DNA of 42,378 bases, taken from the NCBI GenBank assembly GCA_036009005.1, contig DASYMP010000017.1:1-42378 (forward strand). Reading direction: 5' to 3'. Below the pieces are notes generated by a model. That model searched no databases. It was not told the origin of the DNA and worked only from the letters and a program-made list of their open reading frames with translations. A program made the position numbers and the translations under genes. This document shows positions 1-8,889 of this stretch, in pieces. Numbering within the stretch: position 1 is the stretch's first letter; the number at the start of each line of letters is the position of its first letter. Source of the DNA: Thermoleophilaceae bacterium. Its GTDB lineage: Bacteria > Actinomycetota > Thermoleophilia > Solirubrobacterales > Thermoleophilaceae.

Positions 1-177
1 TACATCGGCGCGCTCCACTTCCACCATCTGGATCCCGCGCAGAAGGAGTTCGGGATCTCCAGGAGAGGCTTCACCCGATCGATACAAAAAATGAGGGAGG
101 AGGCCGCGAAATGTGTCCTCCTCTGCTCGAATTGTCACGCCGAGGTCGAGGGTGGAATCGCTACGCTTGCCGCCTGA
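1..177 (+). CDS. HNH endonuclease family protein, C-terminal fragment (5' end lies outside the window)
   Basis: Frame 1 is open from base 1 to TGA at 175-177. Translation YIGALHFHHLDPAQKEFGISRRGF...AAKCVLLCSNCHAEVEGG carries the HH...N-C-H signature of small actinobacterial HNH nucleases. Confidence 0.6.
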   Translation, partial: YIGALHFHHLDPAQKEFGISRRGFTRSIQKMREEAAKCVLLCSNCHAEVEGGIATLAA

Positions 178-180
178 CAG

Positions 181-253
181 TCCGGGGTAGCTCAATCGGC
201 AGAGCTGCGCCCTGTTAAGGCGAAGGTTGTGGGTTCGAGTCCCACCCCCGGAG
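181..253 (+). tRNA. tRNA-Asn (anticodon GTT)
   Basis: Cloverleaf read by eye: acceptor TCCGGGG/CCCCGGA, D arm GCTC-AATCGGCA-GAGC, anticodon loop CT-GTT-AA, T arm GTGGG-TTCGAGT-CCCAC, discriminator G. CCA is not encoded. Confidence 0.9.
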
Positions 254-260
254 CTAAGAA

Positions 261-288
261 GGCCGCCCTGCGAGGGGCGGCCTTTGTG
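261..288 (+). terminator. Intrinsic terminator-like hairpin downstream of tRNA-Asn
   Basis: GGCCGCCC (261-268) and GGGCGGCC (275-282) form a perfect 8-bp stem with a 6-nt loop, followed by TTTGTGTG. Confidence 0.6.
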
Positions 289-519
289 TGCGGCCGGGGC
301 GCCGCGTCTTGCCTAGAACGTAAGCGAGACGCGGGCTTCGCGCTTTAGGTCCGGTCCGGTCGACCGAAGTCGACCTTCATATTCCGGGGCGAGCCTCACA
401 ACCTGTGGCTTCGCTCTTTGCGCTAGGTCCGCGTCTCAAGAGTCAGTAGACCAGGGGTGCGCAGCCGCGTCAAGTGCGGTTTTGAGATCAACCCGCTCTT
501 TGCGAGCATTTGCGGGTTG

Positions 520-1710
520 TCAGTGCTCGGCGAGCTCTTCCACGGCGTTGGCGGCCGTGGCTGCGCCGCTGTGTGCCTCGGCCCAGGCGCGCAGCTCCGC
601 GGCACGGCGGCGATAGCGCGGGTCGCGCAGCAGGCGGGTCGTGGCGAGGCGCAGACCGAGCGGCGTCACGAACCGCCGAGGCAGCGACACGCCCGCGCCG
701 GCCCAGCGCAGCCGGGCGGCGTTCTCGGCCTGGTCGCCGGCGTGGGCGCAGGCCACCACCGGCGTGCCGCTTGCGAGCGAGCGCGCGACGGTGCCGTGCC
801 CGGCGTGGCAGACGACCGCGTCGCAGAGCGGCATCGTCCGCGCGTAGGAGACCCAGTCGACGAGGCGCGCATTGCCCGGGACGGGGATGGGGGAGGAGGG
901 CGCGCGCCTGTTCGTGGTGGCGAGCACCCGCACGGGCTCGCCGGCCAGTCCCTCGAGCGCGGCGCGCACCAGCCGGTGCTCGGGGTCCTGAGAGGTGCTC
1001 GGCGCGACCAGGACGAGCGGCGCGTCGCCGGGCGGCAGCTCGACCTCGCCGAAGGGCTGCTCCCACAGGAGCGGTCCGGTCACGCGCATTCCGGGCCACT
1101 CCACGGCGCGCGGGTACTCGAGCTGCGGGAACGTCGCGACGATCGCGAGATCGCGCGAGATCCCGCCGTGGTGATACGCGAGCGGCGGCAGCCCGACTCG
1201 CTCGCGCGCACCGTTCAACTCCACGCGCCCGCGTTCCTCGCCGGTCATGACGAGCGGCCGCACCGCGTCCCAGAAGCGCCCGCCGAGCGGGGTGCGCGGG
1301 TAGACGGCGCCGATCGAGTAGATCGGGAAGCCCGCCCCGCCCGTGGGCATCACGTGCGGCACGAGCGTGGCCCAGCGCCGGCCCTCGGCCTGCGCGGCGA
1401 GCGAGGCGGCCGAGGTGATGATGTCCGCCACGACGACGTCCGGGTCGCACGCGCGGATCAGCTCGCGCGTGGAGCCCGAGGCGCGCACGGCCGCCACGTA
1501 CGGCTTGAGCGCGCGCTCCTGCGTGGGGAACACCTCGTACTCGGGCGCCGCCGCGAAGCGCATCCCCTCGTGCTCCACGTGCTCCCGCCAGCGGCTCCAG
1601 GTCTCGAGCGTCACGTCGTGGCCGCGCCGCGCGAGCTCCGCGCCGAGCGCGATCGCCGGGAAGGCGTGGCCGGGGTCGCCGAAGGCCCCGACGAGAAAGC
1701 GGCGGCTCAG
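520..1710 (-). CDS. GT1-family (MGT/UDP-glycosyltransferase-like) glycosyltransferase
   Basis: This is the C-terminal 396 codons of track ORF 520..2640. The N-terminus is FLVGAFGDPGHAFPAIALGAELARRGHDV. The C-terminal nucleotide-sugar motif is VVCHAGHGTVARSLASGTPVVACAHAGDQAENA. The only plausible start is CTG at 1710..1708, overlapping the upstream stop (see findings), so the start is uncertain. Confidence 0.75.
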   Translation of the reverse strand: MSRRFLVGAFGDPGHAFPAIALGAELARRGHDVTLETWSRWREHVEHEGMRFAAAPEYEVFPTQERALKPYVAAVRASGSTRELIRACDPDVVVADIITSAASLAAQAEGRRWATLVPHVMPTGGAGFPIYSIGAVYPRTPLGGRFWDAVRPLVMTGEERGRVELNGARERVGLPPLAYHHGGISRDLAIVATFPQLEYPRAVEWPGMRVTGPLLWEQPFGEVELPPGDAPLVLVAPSTSQDPEHRLVRAALEGLAGEPVRVLATTNRRAPSSPIPVPGNARLVDWVSYARTMPLCDAVVCHAGHGTVARSLASGTPVVACAHAGDQAENAARLRWAGAGVSLPRRFVTPLGLRLATTRLLRDPRYRRRAAELRAWAEAHSGAATAANAVEELAEH

Positions 1711-2741
1711 AGGAGCTCCGCCAGCTCGCGGACCATCCGGCGGCGCTCGCCGGGGTCGCCCGCCACCGGCACCACGATCAACGACCCGACGCCCGCCTCG
1801 CGATACACGTCGAGCCTGTCGCGCACCTTCTCGAGCGGGCCAACAAGCGCGATGGTGTCGATCAGCTCGGCGGGCACCGCCGCGGCGGCCTCGTTCTTCT
1901 TGCCGTCGAGATAGAGGTCCTGGATCTCGCGCGCGGCGTCCTCGAAGCCGTAGCGCTGCACGAGCTGGTTGTAGAAGTTCCGCTTGCGCGAGCCCATGCC
2001 GCCCACGTAGAGCGCGATGAAGTGGCGCATCTGGTCGCGCGCGCGGTCCACGTCGTCGTCGATCGCCACGTTCACGCCGGGCGCGATGTCGAAGTCCTCG
2101 CCGAGCGTCCGGCCCGCTCGGGCCGCGCCCTCGTCGAGCAGCGCGCGCGACTCCTCCACGTGCTCGGGCGAGAAGAAGATCGGCAGCCAACCGTCGGCGA
2201 TCTCGCCGGTGAGCTGCGTGTTCTTCGGGCCGATCGAGGCGATGTAGATCGGGATCCGGTCCTGCACGGGGGCGATCGTCAGCTTGAGCGCCTTGCCGGG
2301 CCCGTCGGGCAGCGGCAGCTGGTAGGTCTCGCCCTGGTACTCGAGCCGCTCGCGCGCGAGCGCCATCCGCAGGATCTCCACGTACTCGCGCGTGCGCGCC
2401 AGCTGCTGGCCGAAGCGCTGCCCGTGCCAGCCCTCGGCCACCTGCGGCCCCGAGGTGCCGATTCCGAGCAGCATCCGCCCGCCGGAGAGCTGGTCGAGAG
2501 TGGCGGCCGTCATGGCCGTCATCGCCGGCGAGCGCGCCGGCATCTGAAAGATCGCGGAGCCGATCCTGATGCGCGAGGTCTGCGCCGCGAGCCACGCCAG
2601 CACGGTGGCCGCATCCGACCCGTACGCCTCGGCCGCCCACACGGAGTCGTAGCCCGCGGCCTCGGCCTCCTTGACCAGCTCGAGCTGGTCGGCGGCGGTC
2701 ATGCCGAGACCCCAGTAGCCAATGTTCAGGCCAAGCCGCAC
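1707..2741 (-). CDS. LLM-class F420-dependent (luciferase-like) oxidoreductase
   Basis: 344-aa ORF MRLGLNIGYWG...AEAAGYDSVWAAEAYGSDA...LLGIGTSGPQVAEGWHG is typical of luciferase-like monooxygenase / F420-dependent oxidoreductases. GTG start at 2741 with GGAG about 7 nt upstream. High GC3. Confidence 0.85.
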   Translation of the reverse strand: MRLGLNIGYWGLGMTAADQLELVKEAEAAGYDSVWAAEAYGSDAATVLAWLAAQTSRIRIGSAIFQMPARSPAMTAMTAATLDQLSGGRMLLGIGTSGPQVAEGWHGQRFGQQLARTREYVEILRMALARERLEYQGETYQLPLPDGPGKALKLTIAPVQDRIPIYIASIGPKNTQLTGEIADGWLPIFFSPEHVEESRALLDEGAARAGRTLGEDFDIAPGVNVAIDDDVDRARDQMRHFIALYVGGMGSRKRNFYNQLVQRYGFEDAAREIQDLYLDGKKNEAAAAVPAELIDTIALVGPLEKVRDRLDVYREAGVGSLIVVPVAGDPGERRRMVRELAELL

Positions 2742-2869
2742 TGCAAGTCTCCGTTCTTCGCTTGCCTCAGGACGCGCGGGAGCCTAATAAGTCGGGCATC
2801 GCACGCAGCCGCCCCGCCCGGGATCTACGCGTCGCCATCGACTGCCTTCCAGTGCAGACGCGCCGCGCG

Positions 2870-3283
2870 ATGCTCGACGGAGTGGAGTCGAGCCACATCA
2901 TCGTCGGGGCCTACACGGATCGCGACGGCGGCGTCTGCCCGATGCTCGCCGCACACCGCAACGGCGGGCGCACCAGCCTCGCCAGCTTCGCCCGCGCGTG
3001 GGACCGCTACACCGGCGCGCGGCGCCGCCGCGCGCGGCCGGCCTCGGACCGCGAGCTGAACACTCTCCGCACGATGCTCGAGGCGAGCATCGCGATCGAC
3101 GAGCTGCCGGACCTCTCGGAGGTCGCGCGCGAGGCTCAGGCGCGCCGCAGCTCGAGGCTGCGCGTCTTCCGGCGCTTCGACGAGTACGAGCGGGCCGTGG
3201 CCGAGCTCGCTGTGCTCAGAGCTCTGAATCCGCCGGACGAACGAACTGAATCTCGGGAACCACGCAGTTACGTGACGTCCTGA
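2870..3283 (+). CDS. Hypothetical protein (no family recognised)
   Basis: Track ORF 2762..3283 has strong GC3 bias until it enters the antisense SDR gene. The first ATG is at 2870. TTG at 2762 lies only 20 nt from the divergent LLM start, so the start is uncertain. Confidence 0.5.
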   Translation: MLDGVESSHIIVGAYTDRDGGVCPMLAAHRNGGRTSLASFARAWDRYTGARRRRARPASDRELNTLRTMLEASIAIDELPDLSEVAREAQARRSSRLRVFRRFDEYERAVAELAVLRALNPPDERTESREPRSYVTS

Positions 3284-3938
3284 GGAGGAAGCGGATCGCC
3301 TCGGCGATGTCCTCCGGCTGGATCATCTCGTCCTTCGGCACCTGACCCTCGACCCAGTCGGTCATCGCCGTCGCCACGAACCCGGGGCAGATCGCCGTCA
3401 CCTGGATTCCCTCCTTCGAGAGCTCCTTGTGGAGCGCCTGGCTCAGGCCGACCACGCCGAACTTCGTCGCCGAGTACGCCGCGAGCCAACCCTGGCCGTG
3501 CTTGCCGGCGATCGACGCCGTGTTTGCCATCAGCGCCTTGCCGTGCTCGGCGCCGGCCTCCTTCAGCAGCGGGATCGTCTCGCGAGCGAGCAGGTAGACC
3601 GCGCGCAGGTTCACGTCGAGCTGAAGGTCGAGCTTCTTCGTGTCGGCGTCCGCCACCGCGCCGCCGATGCCGACGCCCGCGTTGTTGATCACCACGTCGA
3701 GCCGGCCGCAGCGGTCGCGATGCGCCGCCACGAGCTTCTTGATCTCCTCCTCGTCGGCCATGTTGGCCGGCACGGCCTCCACGTCGAGCCCCGCGTCGCG
3801 CAGCTCCTGGGCGGCGGCCTCGAGCTTGTCGGGGCGGCGGGCCGAGATCGTCAGCCCGTAGCCGTCCTCACCCAGCGCGCGGGCGATCGCCAGCCCGATT
3901 CCGCTGGATCCTCCGGTGATGAGCGCCGCGCGGTCCAT
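3216..3938 (-). CDS. SDR-family oxidoreductase (classical short-chain dehydrogenase)
   Basis: Carries TGGSSGIGLAIA (TGxxxGxG), NNAG, and the catalytic Y-x3-K in AAYSATKFGV. 240 aa, ATG at 3938. Confidence 0.9.
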   Translation of the reverse strand: MDRAALITGGSSGIGLAIARALGEDGYGLTISARRPDKLEAAAQELRDAGLDVEAVPANMADEEEIKKLVAAHRDRCGRLDVVINNAGVGIGGAVADADTKKLDLQLDVNLRAVYLLARETIPLLKEAGAEHGKALMANTASIAGKHGQGWLAAYSATKFGVVGLSQALHKELSKEGIQVTAICPGFVATAMTDWVEGQVPKDEMIQPEDIAEAIRFLLRTSRNCVVPEIQFVRPADSEL

Positions 3939-3978
3939 TGGCGCGAGGACTCTATTTCACTTCTCTAGCCTGCGGGGC

Positions 3979-4950
3979 GTGAAGAGGCGTGTGGCACTGC
4001 TCGCGCTCGCGGCCGTCGTGGTGGCGGGCTGCGGGGACTCGGGCTCGAGCGACGAGAAGGCGCCGCCACCCGCGCGCGCGCAGGACTTCCCGAAGCCGAA
4101 CGGCAGGCCGCTCGCGAAGCTCATGTCGGGCCTCGGCGGCGGGCCCGTGCTCGCTCCGTCGGGGGCGGAGTTCCGCACCGGCACGCAGCGCGTGGGCTTC
4201 GCGCTGTTCAGGCAGGACCGCTCGCAGATCACCAACGTCAGCGTGGCGGTGTACGTGGCCCCGCTCGGCGGCGGCCCGGCGCGCGGCCCGTACCTCGCGC
4301 GCTACGAGTCGCTTGCGGTGAAGCCGCAGTTCCAGAGCAAGCAGACCGCCACGGACCCGGACGCCGCCAAGTCCATCTACACCGCGGAGATCCCGTTCAA
4401 GAAGCCGGGGCGCTACGAGTACTTCGGCATCGCGAAGCAGGGCGGGAAGCTCGTGGCGGCGTCGCCCGCGGCGCCGGGGCTGATCGTGAAGGACGCCTCC
4501 AGCGACGCGATCCCGGCGGTGGGCGCCAAGCCGCCGCGGATCCACACGCCCACCGCGTCGAGCGCGGGCGGCGACATCGCCTCGATCGACACGCGCCTGC
4601 CCCCGTCGTCGATGCACGACGACGACTTCGCGGACGTGCTCGGCAAGAAGCCGGTGGTGCTGATCTTCGCCACGCCGCAGCTCTGCCAGAGCCGCGTCTG
4701 CGGGCCGGTGGTCGACGTGGCGGAGCAGGTGAAGGCCAAGCCCGAGAGCAAGGACGTGGCCTTCATCCACATGGAGATCTACCGCGACAACCGCATCGAC
4801 AAAGGCATCCGCCCGCAGATGGTGGCGTTCCACCTGGCGAGCGAGCCGTGGCTGTTCGTGTTCGACCGCTCGGGCAAGCTCTCGACCCGCATCGAGGGCG
4901 CATTCTCGGAGCGCGAGCTCGACCAGGCGATCGCGAAGGCGAAGAGCTAG
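3979..4950 (+). CDS. Lipoprotein with C-terminal thioredoxin-fold (TlpA/SCO-like) domain
   Basis: GTG at 3979 gives MKRRVALLALAAVVVAGC, a textbook lipobox signal. The C-terminal VVLIFATPQLCQSRVCGPV...WLFVFDRSGKL resembles redoxin/SCO folds. Track start 3916 would overlap the SDR start. Confidence 0.7.
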   Translation: MKRRVALLALAAVVVAGCGDSGSSDEKAPPPARAQDFPKPNGRPLAKLMSGLGGGPVLAPSGAEFRTGTQRVGFALFRQDRSQITNVSVAVYVAPLGGGPARGPYLARYESLAVKPQFQSKQTATDPDAAKSIYTAEIPFKKPGRYEYFGIAKQGGKLVAASPAAPGLIVKDASSDAIPAVGAKPPRIHTPTASSAGGDIASIDTRLPPSSMHDDDFADVLGKKPVVLIFATPQLCQSRVCGPVVDVAEQVKAKPESKDVAFIHMEIYRDNRIDKGIRPQMVAFHLASEPWLFVFDRSGKLSTRIEGAFSERELDQAIAKAKS

Positions 4951-5936
4951 CGGGGCGTCTTGGTGCGCTTCACGGTGACCTTCTTGCCGTGAGCGCTCGT
5001 CTCGCCCCAGCCGGCGGCCACGAGCTTGACCTTCACGCTCAGCACCAGCTTGGGCTTCTTGCGGAGCGCCCGCGCGAGCTTCGCGCGGTTGGCCCGGGTC
5101 AGCTTGAGCCGGATCCGGGCGGTCCTGTTCGGGAGCGGCAGGGTCGCGACGCGCTGGCGGATCTTCACGTGGCTCTTCTTGGGCGCCTTGACGGAGACGA
5201 TCAGCGTGCAGCCGCGGTTACAGCGAGCGAGCACGTCGAGCCAGCCGCGCGATAGGAGCTTGCGCGCGTTCACGCGGTAGCTGAGCTTCGGGCGCGTCTC
5301 CGTGATGGGGGGCGGCTTGTGGCCGTTGCCGTTGCCGTTCCCATTGCCGTTGCCGTTGCCGCTCTCGCTCGGATCGATGGTGCCGCCCTCGGTGGCGGTC
5401 CAGGCGTAGCGCATGGTGAGGGCGGCGCCCTCGTAGGCGTTGTCGCCGCCGGTGGGGCTCGGCGGAACGCCCGTGTCGGGGAGCGAGGCGCGGAAGCGGA
5501 ACTTGCGGAGCTGCCCCGGACCGACCGCGCCGACCCCCTGCGAGCCGAGCGCGCCCAGCCGGCCCGCGAAGATCGGGATCGAGCTGCCGGCCGATATGTC
5601 CGTGATGTCGAGCTGGACGGCGTCCGAGAGCGTGCCCCCGTTCGCGCCCGGCTGGTCCTCCACGTCGAGCTGGTGGAGGCCGAGGTCGCCGGGCGAGAGA
5701 CCGATGTTCGAGAGATGCACCGTGCCGCTCACCGAGTGGCCGGGCGCGAGTCCGCTGAACTGGAAGATCGCCTGCCCGTCGAGCGAGTTCGAGATATGCA
5801 GGTGGCCGGTCGCGTCCGTGAGGACGGCGTATGGACCCGGCTTGCTCTGCCGCGCGAGGCCCGGAGCAACGCACACGACCACCACCGCTACTGCGGCAAG
5901 GGTCAGCACTCTTGAAAGCGATCGAGGACGGCGCAT
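4947..5936 (-). CDS. Secreted protein: TasA/camelysin-like (Peptidase_M73-like) N-terminal domain, (GN)6 linker, basic C-terminal module
   Basis: Signal peptide MRRPRSLSRVLTLAAVAVVVVCVAPGLA. The pattern F.FSGLAPGHSVSGTVHLSNIG ... DNAYEGAALTMRYAWTATE matches by eye the TasA/camelysin pattern (..PGD....v.N.G ... N.YQG....f.f.A.Q). The family call is from memory only. Confidence 0.55.
   Translation of the reverse strand: MRRPRSLSRVLTLAAVAVVVVCVAPGLARQSKPGPYAVLTDATGHLHISNSLDGQAIFQFSGLAPGHSVSGTVHLSNIGLSPGDLGLHQLDVEDQPGANGGTLSDAVQLDITDISAGSSIPIFAGRLGALGSQGVGAVGPGQLRKFRFRASLPDTGVPPSPTGGDNAYEGAALTMRYAWTATEGGTIDPSESGNGNGNGNGNGNGHKPPPITETRPKLSYRVNARKLLSRGWLDVLARCNRGCTLIVSVKAPKKSHVKIRQRVATLPLPNRTARIRLKLTRANRAKLARALRKKPKLVLSVKVKLVAAGWGETSAHGKKVTVKRTKTPR
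5325..5360 (-). repeat. Imperfect hexanucleotide tandem repeat encoding (Gly-Asn)6
   Basis: The plus strand reads GTTGCC GTTGCC GTTCCC ATTGCC GTTGCC GTTGCC. On the minus strand this is GGCAAC-type units translating to GNGNGNGNGNGN inside the TasA-like CDS. Confidence 0.9.
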
Positions 5937-6051
5937 GAGTCGTTACGACTTCCTATCGGCGGTCCCAAGCCGAAAATGAACGCAACTGAGGCCCCGCGAA
6001 CGCTTCTGGACGAATGTCGCCGCCGATCCGAGCGCGTAGGCTCCGCCCGGC

Positions 6052-7659
<1,608 letters not shown>

Positions 7660-7902
7660 CACCTTGCCAGGGTAGGAGAGCTGTCTCAAACGCGCCAATC
7701 CGCGGGCACGGGCTGTCGCTAAATGGGGGACGAGCAGAGGCGCGCAAAAAGGGGTTGGCGAGCGCGCAAGTTGGCGCTAGGATCGCGCCACGGCTGAGGT
7801 CCTCGAAGGGGACGCTCAGTCGCGGACTCGCAAGGAACGAGGCGCGGTGTTTCTGAGGCGTCGTGCTTGTTCTTCTTTCGCAATTCGATTGGAGGGCAAG
7901 GG

Positions 7903-8241
7903 TTGTCTCAGCACATCGAGCCATTCACCTGCAGGGCGAGCACCGACGGCGATGCCGTCATCGTCGCCCCGCGTGGGGAGCTCGACATGGCCACCGTGGG
8001 CGCCGTCGAGCAGGAGCTTCGCCGCGCCCTGCGCGCGGGCGCGAGCAAGCTCGTGCTCGATCTGCGCGGCCTCTCGTTCATGGACTCCACCGGACTGCAT
8101 CTCGTGGCGAAATGGTCGGAGGAGTCTTCGCGCGACGGTTTCGACTTCGAGCTCGAGCAGGGTCCGCCCGCGGTCCGTCGGGTCTTCGAGCTGTCCGGGA
8201 TGGACGGCCAGCTGCCGTTCCGGGAGGAGTCGCTCAGATAG
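7903..8241 (+). CDS. STAS-domain protein (anti-sigma-factor antagonist, SpoIIAA/RsbV-like)
   Basis: AVIVAPRGELDMATVGAVEQELRRAL...KLVLDLRGLSFMDSTGLHLV is the STAS pattern. TTG at 7903 is preceded by GGAGGG (7891-7896) at 6-nt spacing. Track start 7867 lacks an RBS. Confidence 0.8.
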   Translation: MSQHIEPFTCRASTDGDAVIVAPRGELDMATVGAVEQELRRALRAGASKLVLDLRGLSFMDSTGLHLVAKWSEESSRDGFDFELEQGPPAVRRVFELSGMDGQLPFREESLR

Positions 8242-8866
8242 GTCGCGTGTGGGCGTGCGCAGGGAGCGGCTCCATGTCGTTCTCGAAGCGCGGCTGAGCC
8301 TCCACGCGGCCGATCCAATCGCGGATCCGCTCGAGCTCGCCCAGGTCCGCACCCGCCTCGTCCGCGCAGTGGACGTACCCGTAGAGCGCGATGTCGGCGA
8401 TCGAGTAGTCGCCGCCCGCCACGAAGTCGCGCCCGTCCGACAGCCCTCGTTCGAGGGCCTCGAGCGCGTCGATCGCGCGCACCAGCCGGTTCTTGAAGAC
8501 CTCCGGGTACTTCTCGCCGCGGCCCGACAGCTTGAGAAAGCGAGCGAAGGCCAGCTCGGCCTCGATCCGGCCCTGCTCGAACATCATCCACTGGATCACG
8601 CGCGTGCGCGGGAGCCCCTCGCCCGGCAGGTAGGGAGTGCCCTCGGCAAGGTGGAAGAGGATCGCGCCGGACTCGGGGATCAGCTCACCCGAGTCGAGCT
8701 CCAGCACGGGCACGCGCCCATCGGGGTTGCGCGCGAAGTGCTCCGGCTGGCGCGTCTCGCCGCTGAACAGGTCGACGGTCACGCGCTCGAACGGCAGCTC
8801 GAGCTGGCGGAGCAGGATCCGGGGCTTCATGCAGTTCCCGGACGCGGGATGGTCGTACAGGATCAC
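8234..8866 (-). CDS. Glutathione S-transferase family protein
   Basis: 210 aa with GTG start. N-terminal thioredoxin-like GST domain (NPDGRVPVLELDSGELIPESGAILFHLAE) and a helical C-terminal domain. The 3' end overlaps the STAS gene by 8 nt. Confidence 0.85.
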   Translation of the reverse strand: MILYDHPASGNCMKPRILLRQLELPFERVTVDLFSGETRQPEHFARNPDGRVPVLELDSGELIPESGAILFHLAEGTPYLPGEGLPRTRVIQWMMFEQGRIEAELAFARFLKLSGRGEKYPEVFKNRLVRAIDALEALERGLSDGRDFVAGGDYSIADIALYGYVHCADEAGADLGELERIRDWIGRVEAQPRFENDMEPLPAHAHTRPI

Positions 8867-8889
8867 GCGCGCAACCTAGCCTGTCTTCT

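Noticed and set aside
254-519. Hairpin-rich 266-nt spacer: CCGCGTCT...AGACGCGG, GGTCGAC-CGAA-GTCGACC, and CAACCCGC-N15-GCGGGTTG abutting the GT1 stop.
   Set aside because: I recognise no RNA family, the short ORFs lack coding bias, and the hairpins lack U-tracts. These are most likely ordinary terminator or spacer structures. An Rfam scan would settle it.
520-2640. Track ORFs that appear to fuse two genes: 520..2640, 12909..13988, 15095..16996, 32664..34691 and 27043..27849.
   Set aside because: Only the C-terminal portions show family motifs. The N-terminal portions overlap neighbouring genes in other frames or strands. I trimmed each to the first start compatible with the domain N-terminus, a signal peptide, or a 4-nt overlap.
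4947-4950. Convergent genes sharing overlapping stop codons in a CTAG tetranucleotide (also at 31650-31653).
   Set aside because: This is a trivial consequence of TAG stops on both strands, with no functional implication that I can support.
5325-5360. GN-repeat as a phase-variation (on/off) switch.
   Set aside because: The repeat unit is 6 nt, so it preserves the reading frame, and the repeat is imperfect. At most it could give linker-length variation.
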